From Longimicrobiales bacterium (lineage in GTDB: Bacteria; Gemmatimonadota; Gemmatimonadetes; Longimicrobiales; Gaopeijiaceae), in assembly GCA_965238005.1 (NCBI GenBank), contig OZ250165.1, forward strand, positions 1,728,001 through 1,792,000: a stretch of DNA of 64,000 bases. Direction: 5' to 3'. Of the stretch, positions 28,327 to 39,284 are shown in pieces (the stretch's first letter is position 1; each line of letters opens with the position of its first letter). The notes beneath the pieces were generated by a model that saw only the letters and a program-made list of their open reading frames with translations, was not told the origin of the DNA and ran no database searches. Made by a program: the position numbers and the translations under genes.

Positions 28327-29142
28327 CTACGCCAACCCTCTCCGCACCCGGGCCGAGCCCCACTCCGCCACGACGACCGTGCCCAGGATCACGAACAGAA
28401 TGACGCTGACCCGTGACCAGGCGAGTGCATCGATCGAGGCCTGGAGCGCCATACCGATTCCGCCCGCACCAACGAGACCGAGGATCGTGGCTTCCCGGAT
28501 GTTGATCTCCCACCGGTAGACGCTGACACCCGCCATGGTCGGCAGAATCTGTGGAACCAGGCCGAATGCGAGCGCCTGCGCCCGTCCGGCTCCCGTGGTC
28601 TCCATCGCGGTGACGGGGAGCTCGTGGGCTTCCTCGATCGATTCGTAGACGAGCTTGCCCACGAAGCCGACCGACCGGAACGCGATCGCCAGGATTCCGG
28701 CGAGCATGCCGGGACCGATGAGCACGACGAGCATGAGTGCCCAGATGATCGAGTTGACCGAGCGCGACGTGACCAGCATGAGGAGCGCGACCGGGCGTAC
28801 GTAGAGCTGGGACGGCGTCGTGGGCCGCGCGGCCGCGAAGGCCAGGGGGACGGCGATGAGGACGCCGAGTGCCGTCCCGAGTGTAGCGATGTGGACGGTG
28901 TCGGCCAGGGGACGCGCGATCGCGATCGCGTAGCCGCTGTCCGGCGGGAACATCCGCATGCCCAGGTCGCGTAGCTGGATACCCGCGTCGAGAACGAAGC
29001 TCCACGTCGTCTGAGACGAGATGCTAGTCCATGCGGCAACGAGGCACGCGGTGACGCCCAGTGAGATCACGAACCGAACCCGACCTTCCGCTCGGGTGTG
29101 TCGGCGCCATGCCCGTCCGGCCTCAGTGTGCAGCACGGGCAT
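28327..29142 (-). CDS. phnE: Phosphonate/phosphite ABC permease
   Basis: YRWEINIREATILGLVGAGGIG. Confidence 0.9.
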   Translation of the reverse strand: MPVLHTEAGRAWRRHTRAEGRVRFVISLGVTACLVAAWTSISSQTTWSFVLDAGIQLRDLGMRMFPPDSGYAIAIARPLADTVHIATLGTALGVLIAVPLAFAAARPTTPSQLYVRPVALLMLVTSRSVNSIIWALMLVVLIGPGMLAGILAIAFRSVGFVGKLVYESIEEAHELPVTAMETTGAGRAQALAFGLVPQILPTMAGVSVYRWEINIREATILGLVGAGGIGMALQASIDALAWSRVSVILFVILGTVVVAEWGSARVRRGLA

Positions 29143-29931
29143 CAGAGCAGCCTCCGTCGCAGCCGGCCCGAAATGACCTCCGCTGCGAAGACCATCGAGA
29201 TGATCAGGATCAGGATGGCGGCCACTGATTCGAACTCATAGCGGCTGAACGCGGTCGTGAGCGTAGCCCCGATTCCACCGGCGCCGACCAGACCGATCAC
29301 GGCGGACTCTCGAAAGTTGATATCGAGGCGGTACAGCGTCAGACCGAGAACGCGAGGCATGACCTGGGGCAGCACCGCGAACGCGACGCGGGACGGCCAT
29401 GCCGCCCCAGCGGTGGTGAGCGCCTCGAGCGGGCCGGGCTCGATCTCCTCGACGGCTTCGGCCAGCAGCTTGCCCAGGAAACCGACAGTGGCCACAACGA
29501 GCGTAACGACGCCTGCGAACGGACCGAAACCGAACATTGCCACGAAGAGAATCGCGACGAGGATCTCGTGGAACGCACGAAATACCGCCAGTGCACCTCG
29601 GCACACCACGTAGACGGGTCCCGGGACGAGGTTGCGAGAGCCACCGAGACCGAAGGGGATGGAGATCACGAGCCCGGCGGCAGTGGCGAGGGCGGTCATC
29701 GACAGGCTCTCGAGCAGGCCGGTCCGGATATCGGGCCAGCGCGTGACGAAGTCGGGCCGCAGCCATCCGCCGAAGAAAAGCGCCGGCTCGTGCCATCCCC
29801 TCCATGATCCGGGCAAGATCGACCTCGATGGTCAGGACCGCTGCCAGCGTGTAGAGCGCGACCGACATCCACAGGAGCGTCCGAAGGGCCCGGCTCCGGA
29901 TCCTCAGAGGCGGACGCCATTCCCGTGCCAC
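29142..29931 (-). pseudogene. phnE: Phosphonate ABC permease, frameshifted near 29778
   Basis: N-terminus WRPPLRIRSRALRTLL in one frame; FFGGWLRPDF...YRLDINFRESAVIGLVGAGGIG in another. Confidence 0.8.
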
Positions 29932-29932
29932 G

Positions 29933-30739
29933 TCAGTCGCCAACGCCCGCATCCTCCGATCTCGCGCCGACGTGCGATTCCAGCGCTTCCTCACCGTAGA
30001 CCTGCGTCAGGATCTCATCATCCAGCGCGGACGGGGGACCGTTGAATACGATCGCCCCCTCGTGCAGGCCGAGAATACGTGGGCAGAAGCGGCGGGCCAA
30101 CGGCACGTCGTGGAGGTTGATGATCGCTGCGAGGTCGCTCTCGGCGCACACCTCGGTGATCAGGCTCATGATCCGCGCCGAAGCGGCCGGATCGAGACTC
30201 GCCGTCGGTTCGTCCACCAGGAGGACATCCGGATGCTGAATCAGGGCGCGACCGATGCCGACCCGCTGCTTCTGCCCGCCCGAGAGCTCGTCGCAGCGCC
30301 GATCTTCGAGGCCGTCGAGACCCATCCGTTCGAGGAGTCGGAAAGCCTCCTCGACGTCGTCCGGGTCGAAGCGTCGGCGAACGCTCCGCCAGAACCCGGT
30401 CCGGCCGAGCGTCCCGCAGAGGACGTTCTCCATGACGGTCAAGCGCCCGACGAGTGCGTGCTCCTGGAAAATCATACCCATTCGCAGACGTGCCTGACGA
30501 AGCTCGCCGAGGGCTAACCCCGTGAGGTTCACTCCGTCGAGGATGACCGCGCCCGCAGTGGGCTCCACGAGCCGGTGGACCGCTCTCAGAAGCGTGCTCT
30601 TACCGGCGCCCGACGCCCCGATGAGGCCGACGACCTCTTTCTGCTGGACCACCAGCGATACGCCGCGCAGCACCGGCTCCCCGGTTCCGTAACGGACCAC
30701 GAGTTCCTGGATCGTGAGCACGGCCCCGTCCCCGCTCAT
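29933..30739 (-). CDS. phnC: Phosphonate ABC ATP-binding protein
   Basis: GASGAGKST, LSGGQKQRV, DEPTASLDP. Confidence 0.92.
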   Translation of the reverse strand: MSGDGAVLTIQELVVRYGTGEPVLRGVSLVVQQKEVVGLIGASGAGKSTLLRAVHRLVEPTAGAVILDGVNLTGLALGELRQARLRMGMIFQEHALVGRLTVMENVLCGTLGRTGFWRSVRRRFDPDDVEEAFRLLERMGLDGLEDRRCDELSGGQKQRVGIGRALIQHPDVLLVDEPTASLDPAASARIMSLITEVCAESDLAAIINLHDVPLARRFCPRILGLHEGAIVFNGPPSALDDEILTQVYGEEALESHVGARSEDAGVGD

Positions 30740-31812
30740 CGACAACCCCAACTGGTGCCCACCGCCACGTCGATCGTACGGATGACTTCCCAATGTTCCT
30801 GATACGTGATCTCGATGAATCCGTCCTCTTCCTGGAACTCCGCCTCGAGGGCACTACCGGCCCACTCGAAACTGCGGAACGCCTGACGAACGAGTTCGGC
30901 GAGGTCCGGCTCCAGGCGATTCGAGACTCCGTAGGCCGTCGTAGGGAACGACTCCGAGCGGTAGAGGACGCGGAGATCGTCCCGGCTTCCCACGCCACGC
31001 GCGAGGACCTGGTCGATGACCTGGTTGGCGACAGCCGCCACCTCGTAGTCGCGCTGTAACACACCGAGTACCGAGTTGTCGTGTCTTCCCGAGAAGACCG
31101 GCCGGAAATCACGGCCCGCCACCAGTCCGAATTCCGACTCGAGAAGGACAGAGGGTGCCTTGAACCCGCTGTTCGAGGTGGGGGAGGTGAAGGTGAGCGT
31201 CCGTCCGCGCAGATCTTCGACCTCCTCGATCCCGCTGTCCCGATGGGTGAGGAGCTCCATTTCGTACCCGAAGCTGCCGTCCTCGCGCGCCATCATCGTC
31301 AGGGGCACGAAACCGGCGCAGTTCACCGCGAGTGGCACACTACCGGTGTTGAAGCCACCGATGTGCAGCCGGCCCGCTCGCATCGCCTCGATCTGAGCTG
31401 CGTTCGACTGGACGGGAAAGAACCGAACCTCCCTGGAGACGATCCCCTCGAGGTGGTCCAGGAAGCCCCGCCATACGTCCCTGAACTGAGCCGGGTCTTC
31501 GACGGGAGTGTAGGCGAAGATCAGGACGTCCGGGTTCAGCCGGAGCCGGACATCCGACGGCGGGTCGGCAACGAGGTCTCCATTCCGATCACAGTAACGA
31601 AGGTCGAGGTCGCCGTGCGTGCAGTCCTCGACGAGTGGACCCGCGCACGCGGAGAGAATCGCCGCGATCGAACAGCAGCCGGTCGCCCTCCGGTGATCGC
31701 CTCCTCGGGTGGGTCGAGCGGGTCTGCTCACGAGATCACGGACCACCCTGCGGCGGCGGCCTGGGAAAGAGGTCGGGGTTGTTCGTGATGATCCCGTCGA
31801 CGAGCTGTGCAC
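30736..31812 (-). CDS. phnD: Phosphonate/phosphite ABC substrate-binding protein (start uncertain)
   Basis: YTPVEDP, TSPTSNSGF, SGRHDNS. Confidence 0.88.
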   Translation of the reverse strand: MHSSSTGSSRTTPTSFPGRRRRVVRDLVSRPARPTRGGDHRRATGCCSIAAILSACAGPLVEDCTHGDLDLRYCDRNGDLVADPPSDVRLRLNPDVLIFAYTPVEDPAQFRDVWRGFLDHLEGIVSREVRFFPVQSNAAQIEAMRAGRLHIGGFNTGSVPLAVNCAGFVPLTMMAREDGSFGYEMELLTHRDSGIEEVEDLRGRTLTFTSPTSNSGFKAPSVLLESEFGLVAGRDFRPVFSGRHDNSVLGVLQRDYEVAAVANQVIDQVLARGVGSRDDLRVLYRSESFPTTAYGVSNRLEPDLAELVRQAFRSFEWAGSALEAEFQEEDGFIEITYQEHWEVIRTIDVAVGTSWGCR

Positions 31813-31925
31813 GTATCTCTCCGGAGGAATCTGTTCATCACCTGGCGATACCCTCTGCGGATGGGGAGGACGCGTCAGCGCTGGCGTTCGGTCGCGTCGA
31901 AGATGGGCGGTGCCCCGTCCCGGGG

Positions 31926-32190
31926 CTACCCGACCCGACCCGTCAACTCACGCAGCGCGCCCGTCTCGAGCGCGCCGACTTCTCGATGCTGTTCGAGCGG
32001 CACGCCCAGCGATGCGCACAAAAGGGCAGAGGCGACGTCTCCGTGTGTGCACAGGACGACGGTTGCGACGCGTTCGTCGAGGGTCAGCTCATCTACGCCG
32101 GGGCGCGCGCGCCTCAGCACCTCGACCACGCTCTCGACACCCCAGGTCTGATGAGTCGCATCGGGCCCACGGTGCACCGTCTGACATCAC
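31926..32190 (-). pseudogene. Histidine phosphatase C-terminal fragment
   Basis: GVESVVEVLRR...VVLCTHGD; the RHG N-terminus is missing. Confidence 0.65.
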
Positions 32191-32251
32191 ACTGAGGGGA
32201 GGTCCATCCTCGACCTTGTGAGCCGGGCGACCGGCCCGGCGAGATACTGCG

Positions 32252-34480
32252 CTAATCTCCCTCCAGGCCTTGCCGCTCGCTGTCGAGCTCACCATCAGCT
32301 TCCTCCGAGGGGAGCGACTTGCCGCACGAGGAGCAGTGGATCGCTGGGCTGCCCCACTCCTCGGACAGGATGTGCTGCGGGAGTCGTGTGGTGAGCCCAC
32401 AGGCAGGGCAACTGATGTCCAGGGGCCGTAACGTACCACAATGCGCGCAGAATCGGTGATCCGACGGAAGCGCCTCACCACAGGCCAAACAGTGGACGGC
32501 CTCCGATCCCTCTGTAGCGAGTCGCTCCCGTTCGCGGGCGCGATCAATGGCTGCACGGAGGCGCTCCGTAGCATCTCGCACGAGGGCCACGAGTCCGGTG
32601 AGCGTCCGAGAGTGGTGTTCGGCCGCGCTCACGGCGCTGCGCAGATCCCCCTCCTCGGGTTCTCCCCCGCCGCTGGAGCGCTCCCGCTCGTGCCGTGCCT
32701 CGGACAGTCGGTTCAAGATCTGTTCGAGCTGGGCTCGCTCCGGACGTTCACCTCCCTCGTCCATGGTTGTTCGAGCCTCGTGCTCCACCGCCGATGCGTC
32801 GCCTAGAAGCTCCGCGATGGCGCTTCGCTCACGACGAAGCCGGTCGCTCGCCTCCTGCACAGCCGTTTCCAGGACCTTCACGACCCCTTTCAACGAATTC
32901 CCACGGCCCTCAAGCAGATTGGAGCACCGCGTGGCCGCCGCCTGAAGGTCGGCGAGTCGGTGTAGGCGTGCCTCATGCGGGAGTGTCTCCCACCCGCCGT
33001 CGGGCTTCACCGCCGCCTTTGCCTTGGCCAGGGCTTTCTCGTGCAGATCCAGGAGCCTCTCGACCGCCGCCCGCTCCGCTTCGAACCCTGCCGGGGCGTC
33101 GTCCAAATCGTGGCGGGAAACCAGGTGCGTTTGCTCTTGCTCTCGAATCAGTATCCGAAGCACGTCTAGAGATTCGGTGAGCTCGTCCTCCCGGGCCTCG
33201 CGCTCCCGCCGCCCGGCCTTCTCTTCACTGTGCGACTTCCGTATGGCTGCCCAGGGTTCGTACGTCACCGTGAGGAAGGCGATGGCCACGACTGTTACAG
33301 TGAGGAAGACGATGGGGCGCTGCTGGTCGAGGAACACCCCACTGAAGACGGTGGCCAGGGTCAGCACCGCGAGCGGCATTATGCGCGTCACCGTGAACCA
33401 AGCGTCGGTGATGCGGACCCCGTGGAGCGTGAGGAGCGGCAGGCTTACCACGGCGGCCGTGGTCAGGGCGACCGTAGGAGAGCCCTGGTACCCCAGGACG
33501 GCGAAGATGCCGAAGAACATCGAGTAATTGAGGGCCAGCAGCAGGAAGTGGCCCCAACGGAAGTCGTCCAGCCTTCCGGGAGCCTGGCCCTCGCTCAAAT
33601 ACCAGAAGCCGCCACCGAACACCAGCACTGCCAGTCCCGCGAGCTGTAGGACCAGAATGACCCTGCCCAACGGGCTCGTGCCTGCTGGAAGCTCCACGAC
33701 GATGGACTTGTTCGTGATGAGGGCGTCGAAGCGCCAGCTCAGCAACGAGCCGTCTCGCTCAGCCGGCTGCAAGGCTCCGGGTGGCACGACGGCGCGAGGC
33801 GCGTTGCGGAGCCGGAGGTCTACCTGGACTGTGCCCGAGCGCCCTCGACCCACAACGTCGTAGACAAACGCGTCGCGTCCTTGGGCCGTATACGTCACGA
33901 CGGCGGTCACCGTGGCCCCCGGCTCGACGGATCCGGTCCACTCGATGCCTTCGAGCCCGTAGCTGACCTGGGGGGGATCGCTCAGGTTGCCTTGCGCATC
34001 CAGAAACTGGAGGGATACCCCACGGGCCTCGTTGATGTCAGGCGGGAAGGGAAAGCTCAGGGTGATGGTGTCCACCACCGGATCCGCGTTCCTCACCACG
34101 AACGTCGCGCTGTAGTCGGCAACGTAACGAGTGAAAACGCGGAACCCATCGAGGACATGCGATGCCCGGAGGTCCAGCTCTATCGTGGACGACTCGATCA
34201 CGGGCGGCAGCCCTCGCCCGCCGCCGGGACGTTCCCCTGCGACGGCGCTGGGAGGAGCTTGGCGGATGGGCTCGTCCGGCATATCGGCCATTTCGTCCTG
34301 TGTGCTCGCGAGCCGCGACAACATAGAGGGTATGGCCACCGCTGCGATAACCGAGATGATTACCACCACGATCAGCAGCTCTATGAGCGTGAAGCCGCCA
34401 CCCAACCAGCCGTGGCTTCGTCGTAGACCTGCCACCAATGTTCTTCTGCAGTGACGGGCGGTTCGGCTTGCGTGCTTCAT
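32252..34480 (-). CDS. Prepilin N-methylation-motif membrane protein with coiled coil and double zinc ribbon
   Basis: GFTLIELLIVVVIISVIAAVAIP; multiple TMs (HFLLLALNYSMFF, CreD-like); C-terminal CxxC pairs. Confidence 0.8.
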   Translation of the reverse strand: MKHASRTARHCRRTLVAGLRRSHGWLGGGFTLIELLIVVVIISVIAAVAIPSMLSRLASTQDEMADMPDEPIRQAPPSAVAGERPGGGRGLPPVIESSTIELDLRASHVLDGFRVFTRYVADYSATFVVRNADPVVDTITLSFPFPPDINEARGVSLQFLDAQGNLSDPPQVSYGLEGIEWTGSVEPGATVTAVVTYTAQGRDAFVYDVVGRGRSGTVQVDLRLRNAPRAVVPPGALQPAERDGSLLSWRFDALITNKSIVVELPAGTSPLGRVILVLQLAGLAVLVFGGGFWYLSEGQAPGRLDDFRWGHFLLLALNYSMFFGIFAVLGYQGSPTVALTTAAVVSLPLLTLHGVRITDAWFTVTRIMPLAVLTLATVFSGVFLDQQRPIVFLTVTVVAIAFLTVTYEPWAAIRKSHSEEKAGRREREAREDELTESLDVLRILIREQEQTHLVSRHDLDDAPAGFEAERAAVERLLDLHEKALAKAKAAVKPDGGWETLPHEARLHRLADLQAAATRCSNLLEGRGNSLKGVVKVLETAVQEASDRLRRERSAIAELLGDASAVEHEARTTMDEGGERPERAQLEQILNRLSEARHERERSSGGGEPEEGDLRSAVSAAEHHSRTLTGLVALVRDATERLRAAIDRARERERLATEGSEAVHCLACGEALPSDHRFCAHCGTLRPLDISCPACGLTTRLPQHILSEEWGSPAIHCSSCGKSLPSEEADGELDSERQGLEGD

Positions 34481-34882
34481 GGGCTGACATCCCCGGCAGG
34501 TGTGACTTGAGCATTCGCCGGACCCTCAAATTCCATACCGACTCAGTCTCCACGGCCCCGAATACCGCGAGCGACCTTGCCTACAGTGGTGTTGTGCACC
34601 GGAGATTCCCGGTGGGGGAGCTCGGGCTGCTGAGGCTTTCTGCCCGACCCCGTGCAGGTTGCGGGATTTTACCGGTCAGCGTAAGCCGTCTGGTGCAACC
34701 GACTTGTCAAACGGCCGATGAGTCGGCGTCTCCATCGTCCTGTTTTCGGGTCGTACCATCGACGAGGGGGATCGCTGAGTGGCTACGGTGTACTTGGCGG
34801 ATGACGTCAGGCACGAGTGCAAGGTCGCGGTCCCATGAAGGAGCCGCGGAGTCTTTTGACTAACGAGACGGAGGTGAGCGCC

Positions 34883-35467
34883 ATGCTCGAGACCACCACC
34901 CGTAGCCGCTTCTTCGGCGGCGCGGCCACGGCCACCCTGGGGCTCCTCATGCCCCGCCACGGCGCCGGGTCTGCGGCCCTGCCGGTGGCCCGCCAGGAGG
35001 CGGGCCCCGAGGCCAGGCTCCGTCGGCTCGGAATCGAACTCCCCCCGCCGCCGCAGCCCGTGGCGACGTACGTGACTGCGGTCGTCGTCGGGAACGTCCT
35101 GTACGTGGCAGGCCACACGCCGAGGCTTCCGGACGGCTCGGCGGCCTACCAAGGCAAGGTCGGGGAGGACTTCACCGTGGAGCAGGCGCGCGAGGCAGCC
35201 AGGACCGCGGGCCTCAACATCCTGTCCACGGTTCGCAGCACCCTTGGAAGCCTCGACCGCGTCGTGCGGCTCGTCCGCACCTTCGGCATGGTCAACGCCG
35301 CGCCGGGCTTCACGCAGCACCCACAGGTCATCAACGGGTTCAGCGATCTTATGGTCGAGGTCTTCGGACAAAGCGCGGGCAAGGGCACCCGCGCGGCGGT
35401 GGGCATGGGGTCGCTGCCGTCCGGGATGGCCGTTGAGATCGAGACGTTCTGGGAGGTTCGGGGGTAA
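34883..35467 (+). CDS. RidA/YjgF-family protein
   Basis: LYVAGH, VINGFSDL, GTRAAVGMGSLP, AVEIE; GGAGGT SD. Confidence 0.9.
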   Translation: MLETTTRSRFFGGAATATLGLLMPRHGAGSAALPVARQEAGPEARLRRLGIELPPPPQPVATYVTAVVVGNVLYVAGHTPRLPDGSAAYQGKVGEDFTVEQAREAARTAGLNILSTVRSTLGSLDRVVRLVRTFGMVNAAPGFTQHPQVINGFSDLMVEVFGQSAGKGTRAAVGMGSLPSGMAVEIETFWEVRG

Positions 35468-35603
35468 CGGCACTCAGAACGAGGAGGGGCGGCACGTCGC
35501 CGCCTCCCCGGCGGGGGTGGTCAACAAGTTGACATGGTGCGGCAGCTTATGCCCAAATCCGTTGTGAAGATTCCCTGATCGTAGCTGGCGTATAGATTTA
35601 GTC

Positions 35604-36085
35604 ATGACCTTGGACACGAAGCGAGACGCAGCTGAATCCCGGCGAAACGCTCTGGCCGTGTTGAGCGGAACCGCGTGGCTCCAGCAAGCTCTGGAACTCA
35701 GTCAGTTCGTGGCCGAGTTCAGTTCTGCTGGGGCTGCCGCTCGCGCGACGGCGTCGCACAACCGAGGCAAAATCCGCGCTCCGGACTCCTCACCTGCCCG
35801 TGGGTCTGGAGACCGTTGAAGCTCGAGCAACTCTTGGGCCTGGTTGTCGGGTCCCTCAATGAGATCGGGATTCCGTATATGCTCACGGGCTCCCTAGCCA
35901 GCTCTTACCACGGAGCCCCTCGGGCCACCCAGGACGTTGGCCTCGTGGTTGAGGCCGAGGCTCCCGCTCTAATCCGGTTGACAGGCAAGCTCCAGGCCGA
36001 AGGTCTCTATGTCAGTGAGGCCGCGATTCGAGACGCCGTTGCATCTCGGGGCCTCTTCAACGCGATCGACTCGGCTTCGGGTTGA
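35604..36085 (+). pseudogene. Small ORF plus truncated nucleotidyltransferase-like gene
   Basis: IPYMLTGSLASSYHGAPRATQDV, ending prematurely. Confidence 0.6.
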
Positions 36086-36212
36086 GCGTTGGGTGGGTGA
36101 GTTGGAGCTACGAGAGCAATGGGCCGCCGCTCGCGATCTGGCTCGCTCTGACATGGAACCTTCATGACACTTATCAGGCCTTCAGCTCACGGCGCGGGTA
36201 GACATGGGGGTG

Positions 36213-36809
36213 CTACATCGTGCAGGCCATCTCGCCGGGCGCCGAGGGTTCCACCTCAGCGAAGGTTGGCGTCAACGCATCACCGTAGTACAGCGCGCAA
36301 CCCTCAGACGGACCAAGGGCCGCGTGCGTCGCCCATGCCGTCCAACCAGTCTGAGACGAATATAGGACGACCGTAACGCCCTGGGACTGGACGAAACTGA
36401 GATCCTCGAAGGAGGACGTATAGGCATATTGGTCCGCGTAGTAGATCTCCTCCTGTGACGCCAAGTTCTTCAGGTCCGACTTGATGGCCGCAACGTAAGC
36501 GCGCTCTCTGCCACAAGACCAGGGCGGCATCAGTGCGGCCGCAAGGATACACAGGCCGAAGGTCCAGAGCGCGGCACGGACAAGCCCCACTCGCCGGCCG
36601 AGGCACAGGGCCGCGATGGTGAGATCGAGGGCGCCAATCCCGAAGCCGAGCAGCGGCAGCCCCCAGATCAGGTGGACCGTAATCGCGCCCACCATGGTCA
36701 CACCTGCGAGGGCCCGAAGGGAGTGCCATATCGGGCCGCGCGCGTCGGAGTACTGGTTACCTCTCATCCCTGGATTCTCCGTTTTGAACTGGCGTGATGC
36801 CGTCATCAC
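36213..36809 (-). CDS. Membrane protein with a type IV pilin-like C-terminus
   Basis: ERAYVAAIKSDLKNLASQEEIYYAD...CALYYG. Confidence 0.6.
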   Translation of the reverse strand: MMTASRQFKTENPGMRGNQYSDARGPIWHSLRALAGVTMVGAITVHLIWGLPLLGFGIGALDLTIAALCLGRRVGLVRAALWTFGLCILAAALMPPWSCGRERAYVAAIKSDLKNLASQEEIYYADQYAYTSSFEDLSFVQSQGVTVVLYSSQTGWTAWATHAALGPSEGCALYYGDALTPTFAEVEPSAPGEMACTM

Positions 36810-36928
36810 TCAAGAACAGGAAAGGGGCCTTGAAGTGATCATTCCAATCAAGAATGCTCTCCTTGCGCTTGATCGGGGAGCGCGGGACCTTCTCCAGCCA
36901 GGCCGCCGACTACTCTTGGGAGCGTACC

Positions 36929-37516
36929 GTGCAAGAAGGCGAAGCGCCGGACCTGACTCATCACCTCGCCAAGGCAAGAGCGGGCGATTCCGAGTCGTCT
37001 GCGCTCGTGGGTGATGCCGTCTCCGCGGAACTCCAGCGCCTGGCGCACGCGCATAGGATCCGTTGGGGCGGGGACTACACGCTCGACACGTCCGCACTCG
37101 TCGGGGAGGCGTGGATGAAGCTCTTCCGGGGCTCACAGGGCGGCTGGAACGACCGGGCCCACTTCTACCGGGTGGCGGCACGCGCCATGCGCCAGGTTCT
37201 GGTCAACTACTCAGAGATGCGGAAGGCCCAGCGCCGTCACGCCCCGGGGGGCGAACACCAACTGGACGAGAACGTGCCGCTCGTCGAGCACGATGCCCTG
37301 GTGTTGGAGCTGCATGAACAACTCGAGCGCTTGGCCGAAGAGCACCCACGCCACGCTCAGGTCGCGGAGCTCCGCTACTTTGTCGGTCTCACGATCGAAG
37401 AGACCGCCGAGGTCTTGGACGTCTCACCCGTCACGGTACGCAGAGATTGGGCCTTCACGAAGGCCTGGCTCAAGGCGAAGCTGGACGAAATGGAGTCCCA
37501 TGTCGGAGAGGACTGA
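36929..37516 (+). CDS. ECF-type sigma factor (kinase-associated)
   Basis: WNDRAHFYRVAARAMRQVLV, VAELRYFVGLTIEETAEVL, TVRRDW. Confidence 0.92.
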   Translation: MQEGEAPDLTHHLAKARAGDSESSALVGDAVSAELQRLAHAHRIRWGGDYTLDTSALVGEAWMKLFRGSQGGWNDRAHFYRVAARAMRQVLVNYSEMRKAQRRHAPGGEHQLDENVPLVEHDALVLELHEQLERLAEEHPRHAQVAELRYFVGLTIEETAEVLDVSPVTVRRDWAFTKAWLKAKLDEMESHVGED

Positions 37517-39203
37517 GGACCCAGTTGAGCGCAGCGACGATCCGCTGACCGAGATCTTCCATGCGGCTCGGGACCTGCCCCCCCAGGAGCGACGGGCGTA
37601 TATCGAGCAGGCATGTACCGACGATCCCGAGCTTCTGAAGGAATTGATTCCGCTGATCGAGGCGCTCGACACCGACCGGGGGCGGCCGGGCCTCGAGACG
37701 GGAGCAGTGTACTCCGCTGTCGCGGCCTCGATGACCGGGAGTGGGATGATCGGACGGAGGATCGACGACTTCGAGTTGACCGAACTGCTCGGGGTGGGTG
37801 GCATGGGCGCCGTATATCTCGGGGTTCGGGTGGATGGCGGCTTCGAACAACGCGCCGCCGTCAAGTTGCTCCCCATGGGGATGGACACTCCTATAGCCCG
37901 GTGGCGATTCCATGAAGAGCGCCGTCACCTCGCAGCACTGTCTCATCCTTCTATCGCCCAGATCTACGCAGGCGGCGTGACTGAGGATGGGACTCCCTAT
38001 CTGATCATGGAGTTCGTAGACGGCCGGCCCCTCGACCGGTTCTGCGACGACCACCGGCTAACTGTCCGTCAGAGGCTGGAACTGTTCCTATCGGTCTGCG
38101 CAGCGGTCCAGCACGCCCATGAGCGCCTGGTCGTCCACCGTGATCTCAAGCCCTCCAACGTCCTCATCACCGCCGAGGGGCTACCCAAGCTTCTGGACTT
38201 CGGAATCGCCAGGGCGCTCGACGAGCACAAGCGCGCCCCCCCGGGCGAAGTGACTCGTCAAGGGCCGGCCTACACCATGTCGTACTCCAGCCCGGAGCAG
38301 ATCTCCGGCGAGGAGCTCACTACCGCCGCGGACGTTTTTTCGCTCGGAGTGGTGCTGTTTGAGCTCCTCGCAGGGGAACGGCCCTTCGGTGCCGAGCTGG
38401 CGCGGGATCCCGAGGACGCCATGAGGAGGTTTACGCGGCTGCCCTCCACCGGCGACGAAACTGCGGACCGGCGCTCGATTCCGCTGAAGAACCTTCGCCG
38501 CACTCTCAGGAAGGATCTCTCCTGGATCGTAGGAAAGGCGCTTCGCAACAACCTGGACGAGAGATACCAGACGGTCGCGGCTCTGGCCCACGACATCCGT
38601 CAGTACCTCGAGCGTCGGCCGGTCGAGGCCGGGCCACCCAGCTTGGCCTACCGACTCGAGCGCCTCGTCGCTCGGAGACCAACCGAGGTGGCTCTGGGCA
38701 TGCTGATCGTGTTCTTCGTTGGATTTTCGCTCGCCCAGACCCTGCAGGCTCGACTCGAGGGGCGGCGAGCCCGCGCGTTCAATGAGTTCCTCACGTCGAC
38801 TGTTCTCGGGCTCGCTCCGTTTCAGGATGCATCGGCCGCGTTGACTCTCGGGGAGACAGTGGACTCCGCCGTGGCGATTCTCCGGCAGGCTCCCCTGCGC
38901 TCCGAAGGGGCGCAGGCAGATGCGCTCGGAGCCATGGGAGGCGCGTATCTGAGGCTTGGTCGCCCCTCGGATGCCCGGCTCCTACTCCAGGAAGCGGTGG
39001 CTCTCCGTAGCGGTTCTCGGTCCGACTCGACGCTGGCAGAGCTTCATCACTACCTGGGCCTCGCGCATTTGGAGCTCGCCTTCGCCGACTCCGCGGAGCA
39101 CTACCTCCGAAGCGCGTTCGACGGCTACCCGCGTGGGCCCGAGAGTGCGGACCTCCGTGCGAGAGTCGCTAGGCTTCTCGACAGTCTCGCTGCGGGTTCG
39201 TAG
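37500..39203 (+). CDS. Ser/Thr protein kinase with TM and TPR tail
   Basis: LGVGGMG, AVK, HRDLKPSN, DFG, SPEQ. Confidence 0.93.
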   Translation: MSERTEDPVERSDDPLTEIFHAARDLPPQERRAYIEQACTDDPELLKELIPLIEALDTDRGRPGLETGAVYSAVAASMTGSGMIGRRIDDFELTELLGVGGMGAVYLGVRVDGGFEQRAAVKLLPMGMDTPIARWRFHEERRHLAALSHPSIAQIYAGGVTEDGTPYLIMEFVDGRPLDRFCDDHRLTVRQRLELFLSVCAAVQHAHERLVVHRDLKPSNVLITAEGLPKLLDFGIARALDEHKRAPPGEVTRQGPAYTMSYSSPEQISGEELTTAADVFSLGVVLFELLAGERPFGAELARDPEDAMRRFTRLPSTGDETADRRSIPLKNLRRTLRKDLSWIVGKALRNNLDERYQTVAALAHDIRQYLERRPVEAGPPSLAYRLERLVARRPTEVALGMLIVFFVGFSLAQTLQARLEGRRARAFNEFLTSTVLGLAPFQDASAALTLGETVDSAVAILRQAPLRSEGAQADALGAMGGAYLRLGRPSDARLLLQEAVALRSGSRSDSTLAELHHYLGLAHLELAFADSAEHYLRSAFDGYPRGPESADLRARVARLLDSLAAGS

Positions 39204-39284
39204 CGCCCCTCCGACTTTACGGAGCGTCTGCGTCGTCTTCCGCGGTGCGTCGTCGGGCTCGGTGGGGATCACACTTTCCGTGGA

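Noticed and set aside
36929..39203. ECF sigma plus Ser/Thr kinase as a novel system
   Set aside because: A well-known pairing in several phyla
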